64,000 nt of DNA, from positions 141,548,001 to 141,612,000 of the forward strand of contig NC_086097.1 of NCBI RefSeq assembly GCF_963921235.1. The letters are read 5' to 3'. Position 1 is the first letter of the stretch; each line of letters begins with the position of its first letter. Made by a program: the position numbers and the translations under genes. This stretch comes from Mobula hypostoma. Lineage: Eukaryota. The notes under the pieces were generated by a model, which was not told the origin of the DNA, ran no database searches, and was given only the letters and a program-made list of their open reading frames with translations. Of the stretch, positions 24,920-34,994 are shown one piece after another.

Positions 24920-27900
24920 ACCCTGCTTCTATCTTATCTATCCCTTTCATAATTTTATATGCTTCTATAAGATCTTCTCTCATTGTTTGAATTCCAGCGA
25001 GCACAGTCCCAGGCAACTCAATCCCTTCTCATAGTCTAACCCCCTCATCTCTGGAATCAACCTGGTGAACCTCCTCAGCACCACCTCCAAAGCCAGTATA
25101 TCCTTCCTTAAGTAAGGAGACCAGAACTGCACACAGTACTCTAGGGACGGCCTCACCAGTACCCCTGTACAATTGTAGCAAAACTTCCCTGCTCTTAAAT
25201 TCAATCCCTCTAGCTATGAAACCAACATTCCACTTGCCTTCTTGATAGCCTGCTGCACCCACAAACCAACTTTTTGTGATTCATGCACAAGCACTCCCAA
25301 GTCCCCCTGCACAGCAGCATGCTACAATTTTTTACCATTTAAATAATAATTTGCTCGTTCGTCTTTCTTATCAAAGTGGATGACCTTGCATTTACCAACA
25401 TTGTATTCCATCTGCCAGACCCTTACCCACTCACTTAGTCTATCTATATCTCTCTGCAGAATCTCTGTATTTTCTGCACTATTTGCTTTTCCGCTCAATT
25501 TAGTATCGTCAGCAAACACTACACTCGGTCTCCTCTTCCAGATCATTAATGTATATCATGAATAGAAGCAGGCCCAGCACCAACCCCTGTGGCACTCCGC
25601 TCACCACTGATTGCCAACCAGAGTAACACCCATGTATCCCAACTCTCTGCTTTCTATTAGTTAACTAATTCTCTATTTATGCTAATATATCAATCCCAAC
25701 TCTACGCATCCTTACCTTGTGGATAAGTCTTTTATGTGGCACCTTATCAAACACCTTCTGGAAATCCAAGTAAATAATGTTCATCTGTTCCCCTCTATAC
25801 ACTGCGCTCGTTCTATCCTCAAAGAACTCCAGTAAGTTTGTCAAACAGGACCTGCCTTTGCTGAATCCATGCTGTGTCTGTCCAATGGATTTATTTCATT
25901 CCAGATGCCTCGCTATTTCTTCTTTATTGATAGTTTTAAGCATTTTCCCAACTACAGATATTAAAATAACTGGCCTATAGATACCTGCCTTATGCCTATA
26001 TCCTTTTTTGAACAGTGGCATGACATTCACTGTCTTCCAATCCATAGGGACCTGCCCAGAGTCCAGAGAATTTTGGTAAATTATCACCAAAGCCTCTACT
26101 ACAACTTCTGCCATTTCTTTCAGTACCCTGGGATGCATTCCATCAGGACAAGGGGACTTACCTGACTTCAGGCCCACAAGTTTGCTCAGTACTACCTCTT
26201 TAGTGATAGCTATTGTATCGAGGTCCTCACCTACCAGTGCATCCGTAACATCTCTCTTTGGCATGTTAGATGTGTTCTTCAAGTGACGACCGACTCAAAA
26301 TAGTCATTAAAAACCTCGGCCATTTCCTCATTACCAAATATCAAATTCCCCCTTCTCGCCCTCCAAGGGACCTACATTCACTTTAGCCACCCTTTTCCAC
26401 TTTATATAATTAAAAAAAACTTTTACTATCCATTTTGTACTAGTTTATTTTCATAATCGAGCTTCCCTTTCTTTATTGCTCACTTAGTGGTTCTTTGTTG
26501 CTTTTTAAGGTTTTCCCAATCTTCCAGTTTCCCACTGCTCTTGGTGACTTTATATGCATGAGCTTTTAGTTTGATGCCTTCTTTTATTTCCTTAGTTATC
26601 CACGGCTGGCTCACCCCACCCTTACCCTTGTTTTTAACTGTAATATACTTTTGTTAAGCACCGTGAAAAATCTCTTTGAAAGTCTTCCACTGCTCCTCAA
26701 CTGTCCCATCATATAGCCTGTGTTCCCAGGCTACACTAGCCAAATTCTCCCTTATCCCACTGTAGTCTCCATTGCCTTAGGAATAATACACTGGTTTTAG
26801 ATGACACTATTGCATCCTCCATTTGTATGAGAAACTCAATCATACTGTGATCACTCTTTCCAAGAGGATCCCTAACTACAAGATCACTAATTTTACCTGT
26901 CTCATTGCACAGGACCAGATCTAAGACAGCATATTCCCTTGTAGGTTCAGTAATGTGCTGTTCAAGAAAGCCATCATGGATGCATTCTATGAAGTCCTCC
27001 TCAAGACTGCCTCGACTAACCTGATTCACCCAATCTATGTGCAAGTTAAAAGTCCCCCATGATACCTGCTGTTCCATTCTTACAGACCTCAGATATTTCT
27101 CTGTTTATTGCCTGTGCCACTGTAATGTTATTATTCGGTGGCCGATAGACAACTCCCACCAGTGATTTTTTTCCCTTTACTATTCCTAATCTCTACCCAG
27201 ATGGATTCAACATTCTGCTCCTCAGATCTTACATCATCTCTCACTATCGCCCTGATTTCATCTTTAATTAAGAGCGCTATCTTACCTTCCTGCCTATCCT
27301 TCCATATTACCTGATATCCTTGGATATTTAATTCCCAATCCTCTCCACCCTGCAACCATGTTTCTGTAATGGCCACTAAGTCATACCTCTGTGCATTGAC
27401 ATGTGCCACAAATTCACTGAACTTATTTCGAATACGACGGGCATTCAAATAAAGTGCCCTTACACTCATTGTGCTTTTAAAATCTTGTAATCTTTTACTC
27501 TTGACTTTTCTTCACTCCATTCTTACTTTTCTCTCTTACATCTTTTGCTTTTTCTTTATCTTTATCCACACTTTTCTTTTTTTACTTTATCCATACTTCT
27601 CCAATCTGTTGAACCCACCCCCACCACTATTCAATTTAAAGCCTTATCCACAGCTCTAGTTATACGATTCGCTAAGATCCAGGTTCCATCATGGTTCAGG
27701 TGGAGACAGTCCTATTGGTACAGCTCCCTCCTTCCCCAATACAGGTGCCAATTTCCCATGAATTCAAATCCACTTCTTCCTAAGCAATCCTTGAGCCACG
27801 TATTTAACTCTCTCATCTTCTTGATCCTATGCCAATTTGCATGTGGCTCAAGTACTAATCCAGAGATTACTACCATTTTGGTTCTGCCTTTTAGTTTAGT

Positions 27901-28740
27901 CCCTAGTTGCTCAAATTTCCTCAGCAGAGCCTCTTTCCTCATTCTACCTATGTTGTTGGTACCCATATGGACCACAAAAACTGGATCTTTCCCCTCCCAC
28001 TGCAAATTCCTCTGCGGGTCAGATAAGATGTCCTGAACCTGGGCACCAGGCAGGCGCCACAGCCTTCAGGACGCTCTATCCTCACGATAGAGAACTCTGT
28101 CTATTCCCCTGACTATACTATCCCAATTACCACTATATTTCTCTTCTTTCCCCCTCTTGAATGGCTCCCTGAACTACGGAGCCACAGTTAAGTTGCTCAT
28201 ACTTCCTACAGCCCCCACCCTCATCCACACAGGGAGCAAGAATCTCAGACCCGTTGGAAAAGCTCAAGGGCTGAGGCTCCTCCAGTACTGTCTCTTGGAT
28301 CCCACTACCCGCCTCACTTGTAATCCCACCCTCTTGTTCCTGACCACAGATCGAATTTGAGGCAGCTAATCTAATGGGTGTGACTACGTCCTGAAACAGA
28401 GAATTCAGGTAACTCTCCATCTCCCTGATGTGCCACAGTGTTTGATGCTCAGAGTCCAGATCATCAACTTTGAGCCCGAGTTCCTCGAGCAGCTATCACT
28501 TGCTGCAAATGTGGTCAACGGGAACCACAATAGGGTCCACCAGCTCCCACATCATGCAGCTACAGCACATTACCTGATCCTGCATCATCTCTACTTTATT
28601 TACTTAACTATACTTTAGTGACTTTTTATTCAACCACTACAAAAGCTTTACCTGCTGCTCACCTGTGCCTCCTCGCCAAAGCCTCAAGTTTCCATTCCTA
28701 CACTGATCCACTCACACAATGGCCGCTCTACTATGACCAT
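24920..28740 (-). mobile_element. CR1 LINE, near full length but lacking its extreme 3' end, decayed
   Basis: ORF1 27712-28420 (VHMGTNN). ORF2 27131-27469 (LYLNARRIRNK), 26736-27077, 25896-26282, 25322-25546 (FADD) and 24980-25204 (LEYCVQFW). Confidence 0.9.
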
Positions 28741-28799
28741 GCTTTACTTTTAGTTGCTCCTGCTAGTGAACCATAAATCATTTGGTCTGCTATTAATGC

Positions 28800-29095
28800 A
28801 CCAAGGCCTGTGAAATGCTTCTTTTCTAAACTCTTCTCCCCGACCTGTGCGAAGCTCTCTCTCTTCAAATCAATTGGTCCACTGCTAATGCGCCAAGCCC
28901 CACAAAACACTCCTTTTTTAAACTCTTCTCACCAACCTGTGCGAAGCTCTCTCTCTCTCTCTCTCTCTTCGAATTGATTGGTCCGCCGCTAATTGGCTGA
29001 GACACACAAAACGCTCCTCTTTTAAACTCTTCTCCCTGACCTGTGCAAAGCAATCTCTCTCTTCGAATTGATTGGTCCATCGCTAATGCAGCATT
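28800..29095. repeat. ~100-bp tandem repeat (about 3 copies) at the CR1 5' end
   Basis: AAACTCTTCTC..ACCTGTGC(G/A)AAGC..(CT)n..ATTGGTCC..GCTAAT repeats three times. Confidence 0.75.
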
Positions 29096-29308
29096 TCACT
29101 TACATAAAATGAAATCATGTTTATAGTACAGAAACAGGTCAGTTGTCCCAGTTGATTCAAGATTACAAACCTACCTCCCACCTTTTCACATACAACACCA
29201 ATGTACCCCCCAATATTTTCTCCTATGTGTATTTACAAGGCATCTCTAAAATAATATGAAGCAAATATTATATTTTTTTCCCTCTCCCACTCTATACCTT
29301 GCACTTAC

Positions 29309-29460
29309 CTTTGTTATGTCGTACAGTATCAGGTTTAATTGCCACCAATGTATGCTCAACAGGAAAGAAAAACTGTAACTCCTTCACTGCAGTTTCAACG
29401 TCCTGACTCCCATGTAGTTGGTTAAATGGAATATCTTTGTATGCGAACCTTGCACGCAGG
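29309..29460 (-). CDS. NME8: Internal coding exon (152 bp, phase 2 in, phase 1 out) of a thioredoxin/NDK-domain gene, NME8 (TXNDC3)-like
   Basis: On the minus strand: acceptor ..TTCTGTTCTTAG| and donor AAAG|GTAAGT. Open frame LRARFAYKDIPFNQLHGSQDVETAVKELQFFFPVEHTLVAIKPDTVRHNK, i.e. an NDK C-terminus (NxxHGS..A..E..FFFP) running directly into the next NDK N-terminus (TL..IKPD). This tandem arrangement is characteristic of NME8. Confidence 0.85.
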
Positions 29461-31472
29461 CTAAGAACAGAATAAGGAATATATAAATAATTAACTTGGT
29501 TCAGAATTTGATGAAACAGGGAAAGATATCCTAATATTTCCAGAAAATCTCATCAGCATATGAAAACTTTGGGATCCCACAAGACTAGATACAAGATTGG
29601 TATCTTGGGTGCAGTCATCCCAACAGGACTGATCGCTATATGTTTTTTACAATACCTTTATGTAGTCAGCAAGTATGACCATAAGTTACCAGTCACTTGT
29701 TATTTTAATTATCCATTTTGTAATGCAGTTCAGATTCTCTGACCTCAATATGCTATGTTGTTCCATTGCAAATAATGTAGGCTCAAGGAAAAGCAACCTC
29801 ATCTTTGGACAACATGCATTACAGTCTCTGCTATTCACATTTCTACTTCCTCTGGACCAGTGATTCCCAATGGAGGTGGTTACGTGTCCTAAGTGGGGTT
29901 TTAGGGGAAATAGAAGTTGTCAGGGGGCGTTCAAGATTCTTGTGGGGGGGTGGTCAATAAGCGGCATCCTAACTTAAGGCATGAGACCAGACCGACCATT
30001 AGTAGAACAGGCACTTCCAAAAAAAAAGGATGAGGCACTGGAATATAGGAAGAACCATAGCTCTGCAGGCAGTAAGCACTCGTCATTACAACACATCTGA
30101 AACTCAGCAATCTCATCTGACCTTACCAACCAGACATTATAAGGCATGCGTAAATTAGCAACCAGGGTGCCCAAGAGTTCCCCTTGACTCGCAGCATGCA
30201 ACGCATTCATGCAATTTAACAGTTGGTAAGTCAAGTACACCCTTTCAACTTTCTCTCCAGATCTACAGAAAACAGGTCGCGCAATGATACAGTGCTGGTC
30301 AAAACCAAATGGTGAAATAGAGACAATCAGTGACTCCAAGGATTCCTCTTGAGGTGCTCAAAGCAACCTCAATTTCATATGTGCGGTGAGGAACCATCTT
30401 TGGAGATTATGAGACCTTACGTGATTAGTCAATCATGCTAATAGTATAAAGGTAGCTTGCCGAATACCAGCTCTATCCCGACTAACATTCAGATTCCAAT
30501 CTAAATCCTTGTCAACATAATTTTTGCTGATGTGATCACCTTCATCTTCGCCTCGCTGTTCCTTTGCATGCTGCTACCATTGTTCCATCCATGTCAACTC
30601 TCTGCTGTCGTCAAAATCCAATAAGCATTCCCAGTTTGTGTTAGTTTTTTATTTTACTTTAGCCCCGTTAATCATGGATAAATATGTACGACAGTGAAGC
30701 CTTGAACTCTAATCCTACCAAGAGACAGAAACTATAGAAAGTGCATCAATACAATGTTACATACCTGGAATACGGTTTTATTCAGTTCCCATCAGATCAG
30801 TGACACCCACTATGTCTAATTTGTAATACTGTATTGTCTAATGAAGCCATGAAACTATCAAAATTACAGGAACACTTCTGTAAAAGACACCCTGAAAAGG
30901 CTGCTTATGGTATTACTCAGTTCCAGAAGGTGAAAGAAGCATTTGAAAAGCACCGAACGTGCAAGTCATTTGCAAAGAAAGCTAAAAATGACCTTAAGAG
31001 TGGACTCATTGCTGCTTATAAGATTTCCGAAATTATGGCAAAGTGTGGAAAATCTCATAGAATTGGTGAAAGATTAATAATGTTTGCTGTATCAGAACTG
31101 CTTGCCACTGTTCTCAAAATGGATACCAGTGTTTTAAAATCAATTGCTCTGAGTAATAACTCTGCAGCTCATTGTATTGACAAAATGAGTGAAGACACTG
31201 AAAATCAACTATGCACAGCTACAAAAACAGAATTTGGGATACAACTGGATGAGTCAACTGTGCAAGACAATGAGGCATTGCTAATGGCATGTGTTATGAT
31301 TTATCCAAAATCGTAAAGTTTATGAAGAGATCCTCTTTTGTAGTAAGCTAAAAACAAATATCAATGGAGAACCAGTTCACAATGAGCTCAAAATGTATAT
31401 TGAGGATAAAAGTATTCCACTTAGGAACATGATCTCTTGTGCAACAGATGAACACCGTACATGACAGGTTGT

Positions 31473-31660
31473 GATCTCCCCCTTCCCCTCCCACTTTCAA
31501 ATCTCTTACTAACTCTTCCTTCAGTTAGTCCTGATGAAGGGTCTCGGCCTGAAACGTCGACTGTACCTCTTCCTAGAGATGCTGCCTGGCCTGCTGCATT
31601 CACCAGCAACTTTGATGTGTGTTGCTTGAATTTCCAGCATCTGCAGAATTCCTGCTGTTT
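31473..31660 (+). mobile_element. Penelope-like element terminal (pseudo-LTR) fragment with a 7-bp TSD AGGTTGT
   Basis: TSD at 31466-31472 and 31661-31667. Contains a hammerhead core and GATGCTGCCTGGCCTGCTG..CCAGCATCTGCAG, which is related to 59885-60045. Confidence 0.75.
31526..31563 (+). ncRNA. Minimal type I hammerhead ribozyme motif
   Basis: AGTC-CTGATGA-AGG(GTCTCGG)CCT-GAAA-CGTC-GACT. Stem I is AGTC/GACT, the core is CUGAUGA..GAAA, stem II is AGG/CCT, stem III is palindromic ACGT, and the cleavage triplet GUC is at 31556-31558. Confidence 0.75.
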
Positions 31661-32254
31661 AGGTTGTCACGCTGGTTTAGTGGCATTTATGAGAAAGGAA
31701 ATTCCAAATCTGTTTGCAATCCATTACGTAATTCATCGTCAATATCTTGCAGCCAAAAACCTCAGCCAGCGGCTTTTTTCAAGCATGACTCTTGTAATAT
31801 CTGGTATCAACAAAATTAAAGCTCATCCATTAAACAGCAGAATATTTTGCCAGTTATGCCAAGATAAGAATGAAGAGTTTGAATGTTTGCTACTTCACAC
31901 TGAAGAGCATCGGCTGTCAAAAGGCTGCTGCATAAAACATTTCTTTGATCTTTCTGACACTGTGGTTGAATTTATGCTCAAAGGTGACAAGAGCTTGGGA
32001 AACAAGATTGAACTTCTATGTGGAGATATGGTATACCTAGCCAATTTGTATGACAAAATTAACATTCTAAATATGAAATTACAGGGTGAGAATTTCAATT
32101 TAATCCAGGCAAAAAGTGCAGTGTCCACTTTTATCAGAAGATTGGAAATATATAAGCAAACTATTGCGTGAAGAATGTTCTCACAGTTTCCCTGCATGGG
32201 AAATATGGCATTCTCTTTCACAGATAGTGATTTACAGGAGTACTGCTTACACCT

Positions 32255-33078
32255 TGTTGGCCAGAAAGAATGATAATCTACAAATCAGTGAATTCAAATG
32301 AATCAAGGACAGTGGAAACAGTCTTTGTTCTTGCCGCATGCTTGGGGATGGAGGCTGCTATTTTGTGAAGACACTATTCTCTATTTTGTGAGCTTGACAT
32401 GCTGGGCTTGATCAATGTTTTAAAGGAGACACAATGATTCTTCAAGTAATCTGCTGGACTGGAGATCACTTCCAAATAAGAAGTTATTTGTGAGATGTTC
32501 TTTGGTTGGTTATAACATGCAGGTTTGTGAATGTTAGGGTTGATACCTGCCTGAAGTGATTCGAGCTCATTGCTGATTGAGAACAAAGAGCCATAAATTA
32601 TCCACTGTCACTTGAAAGGAAGAGGGCAATAAATTGATGCTGGCTTGGAGCAGAGCAAATAACAAGGTGTTAAAGGACAGACACATGTCCTGTGGCCAAT
32701 GACACTGGAATGCGATATTTGAATTGATAAGGAATGGATATAAAAATGGATGCTTTGTGTGTGCTGGTAGCGGTAACTTCGGAGAATAACCATCGCAGAT
32801 ACAAGTGTAAGCAACCCTGTGTGAAACACGTGACCAATGAATCTGGACAACGAGGAACGCCTGGCCAGCGTAAACTCCTTTGCCCGGGTAATACCTTTGC
32901 TATTCTTTGACTGGTCAGGAGAGTCAGGGATACTTAGTGGGTGTGCACACAAGGTATTTAGTGTATGAATTCACGTATTTGTTAGTTTGAACAATAAAGG
33001 TACTTGTCAGTAAATACAGATCTCTCTGTGCCTCACTAAGCATCGTTGTAAGTAGAAGTAGTATTTTTTTTCACAAAA
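32255..33078 (+). repeat. 5' LTR (824 bp)
   Basis: Direct repeat of 47502-47987 plus 51245-51586. CCAAT at 32696-32700, TATAAAAA at 32739-32746, AATAAA at 32993-32998. Confidence 0.95.
32696..32746 (+). promoter_or_regulatory. LTR core promoter (CCAAT and TATA boxes)
   Basis: GGCCAATG followed about 40 bp later by TATAAAAA, about 250 bp upstream of the LTR AATAAA. Confidence 0.65.
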
Positions 33079-33082
33079 GAAT

Positions 33083-33105
33083 TGGCGTCCCTGTTGTGGG
33101 CTTGA
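33083..33105 (+). promoter_or_regulatory. Primer-binding site, tRNA-Asn-like
   Basis: TGGCGTCCCTGTTGTGGGCTTGA, 4 nt after the LTR. The reverse complement of the vertebrate tRNA-Asn(GUU) 3' end is TGGCGTCCCTGGGTGGGCTCGA; the first 11 nt are identical. Confidence 0.85.
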
Positions 33106-33189
33106 GGTAAAATCTCCTGTTGAGTCAGCAAGAGACTCGAGCCAGGCCACGTGGGTGAGAAACAGAGAGAACGGGGGGGGGGGCTGGGT

Positions 33190-34994
33190 AGCTAGTTGGT
33201 ACTGACGCAGGATGAAGAATTTAGGGAAATCTGCAAGTCTGAAGGACTTAGATTGTTTTGATTGGAGGGGATTCCTCCAGAAGCACGTATTGGGGAAATG
33301 GCCACAATACGGGGAGTATGCTGGACATACCAGCGTGAAGGTGGTAAAATTTTTTTTAGAATTGCCAAAGGGAAATTGTTGGATAAAGAATTTAAGCGAC
33401 TACTGAAGCCAGTAGCAGTCACTTGCCTCATTGAGGAATTAATAGGAAATAGGCAAAACGGCAACGCTGAGCGAGTTAAGTTCGAAGACGAAAACAAGAG
33501 TCCGAAAGGAGTTAGAAGACGAATAAAAAAGAATCAGATAGATGTTAGAAGACCAAAACAAAATGCTCCGAAAGGAGTTAGAAATCCTCAAGGGAAATTT
33601 TACAGATGTACAGGGACAAAGAAGTATGGATTTGGAGCATATGAATCAATTTCAGCTGAAATGCGAGAAACTGGTTAATGAACAAAGTAAACGAGAAAGA
33701 GAAACTAATTTAGCCAAGAGCCAGGCAGAGGAATTAAAGAAACAGTGCAGTGATTTAAAAGCAGCTATAAATATGATACAGAGAGAAGAGAAGTAGTACT
33801 AGTGATCATACAAAGTGTTTAAAGCAGATACAAAAGCTGCAGGACCAACTTGCTGTACAGAGAGGAATAATATGTGCTTTTGGATCTGAAAGAGGGGAGG
33901 AGAATGAATATGCAGATATAGATTGGAACGGTTTAACAGATGATGCGACTAGATATGGTTGTGATAATGACGAAGTGCTTTTTGCTGAGGATCCCCTGCC
34001 CACATACAATGCTAAGGAATCATCAGTGCCAACGGCACCACTAGCCCCTCTAGTTACTATCAGAGAGGGAAGAGCTGGGGCAGGAAATCAAAACCAGAAT
34101 ATAACATACACTACTCCGTGTGGAGTACAGCAGCTCAGAGATATTGTCAAAGATATCAGGATTGTGGGTTCGGAGATGACCCTCCAGAACTGTTTCAAGC
34201 AACTAATCATCAGAGAATAATACACGGCTTAGATGATGCTGAGGAAAGTAAAATTGATTATAATGTGTTTACATCCAAATATACACTCAGCTATACAACA
34301 ACAAGGTGGGGGCATAAATGAGGAATTAAAGACGGCAATATTGACTGTTATGGGTATTAACAGAAGGAACCTGGTAGAGGCACTAGCCAAATGTTACTAG
34401 AGGAGAAGTGAACATCCCACTGTGTTTGCATCCCATTTATGGACGGTGTTCCAAGGAGTATATGGAACAGCATTAGATTGAGACCATTTAGGACCAGAAC
34501 GCTTAAATAGATGGTTAAGGACATTGGTGTCTCACTCCACCGATGAATCCAAAAAGGTATTAGCGATATTTGATCCCACTGAACCGACGCATAAAGAGGC
34601 ATGGATACTGAGGAAAATGAGTAGAGCATGGGAAAAGGAGACACAAAGGCTAAATAAACCTGCTAAGGGGAAATTGCTGCCTGTTGGAGGTAAGGCAACT
34701 ACCTGGAGAAATGAGGGTAGGCGACCCACCCCAAACATCACCCCACCACACTGTCAAATGACCAGGAAAACCAGAGGAAATGAAACAGTGTCGAGAACAG
34801 GGAGACTTGGAGGTGGAGTATTTAAATGCTATAACTGTGGTCAAGAGGGACACATCAAGAGAGAATGTCCAAACCTGAGAAGTGGGAGAGTAGAGCAAGG
34901 AGATTTGACCTTGGAGGGGCCAGACAGAACAAGCCCACAAAACAATGTGGTGGACACACTGCCATCTAGGGGATTGTACCCCGAACTTCAATGA
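33190..34994 (+). pseudogene. gag: ERV gag (frameshifted, with stops; start approximate)
   Basis: Fragments 33262-33678, 33542-33796 (coiled coil), 33975-34220 and 34524-34994, which contains the zinc knuckle CYNCGQEGHIKREC. Confidence 0.85.

Larger units (their letters stand above)
30674..32254 (+). pseudogene. hAT transposase, N-terminal and catalytic part (decayed)
   Basis: BED-like region YLEYGF..PLCLICNTVLSNEAMKLSKLQEHFCKRH, then FGIQLDEST, SCATD..MTG, IHYVIHRQYLAAK, LLLHTE and LQGEN. Confidence 0.9.

Noticed and set aside
29974..30339. 121-aa minus-strand ORF in the hAT 5' region
   Set aside because: It has no recognisable motif and lies in the transposon's subterminal non-coding region.
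32374..32586. 70-aa antisense ORF present in both LTRs (also 47623-47835), plus 32608-32952 and 51176-51460
   Set aside because: They have non-ATG starts and no recognisable domain. Their presence in both LTRs is explained by ~95% LTR identity, not by selection.
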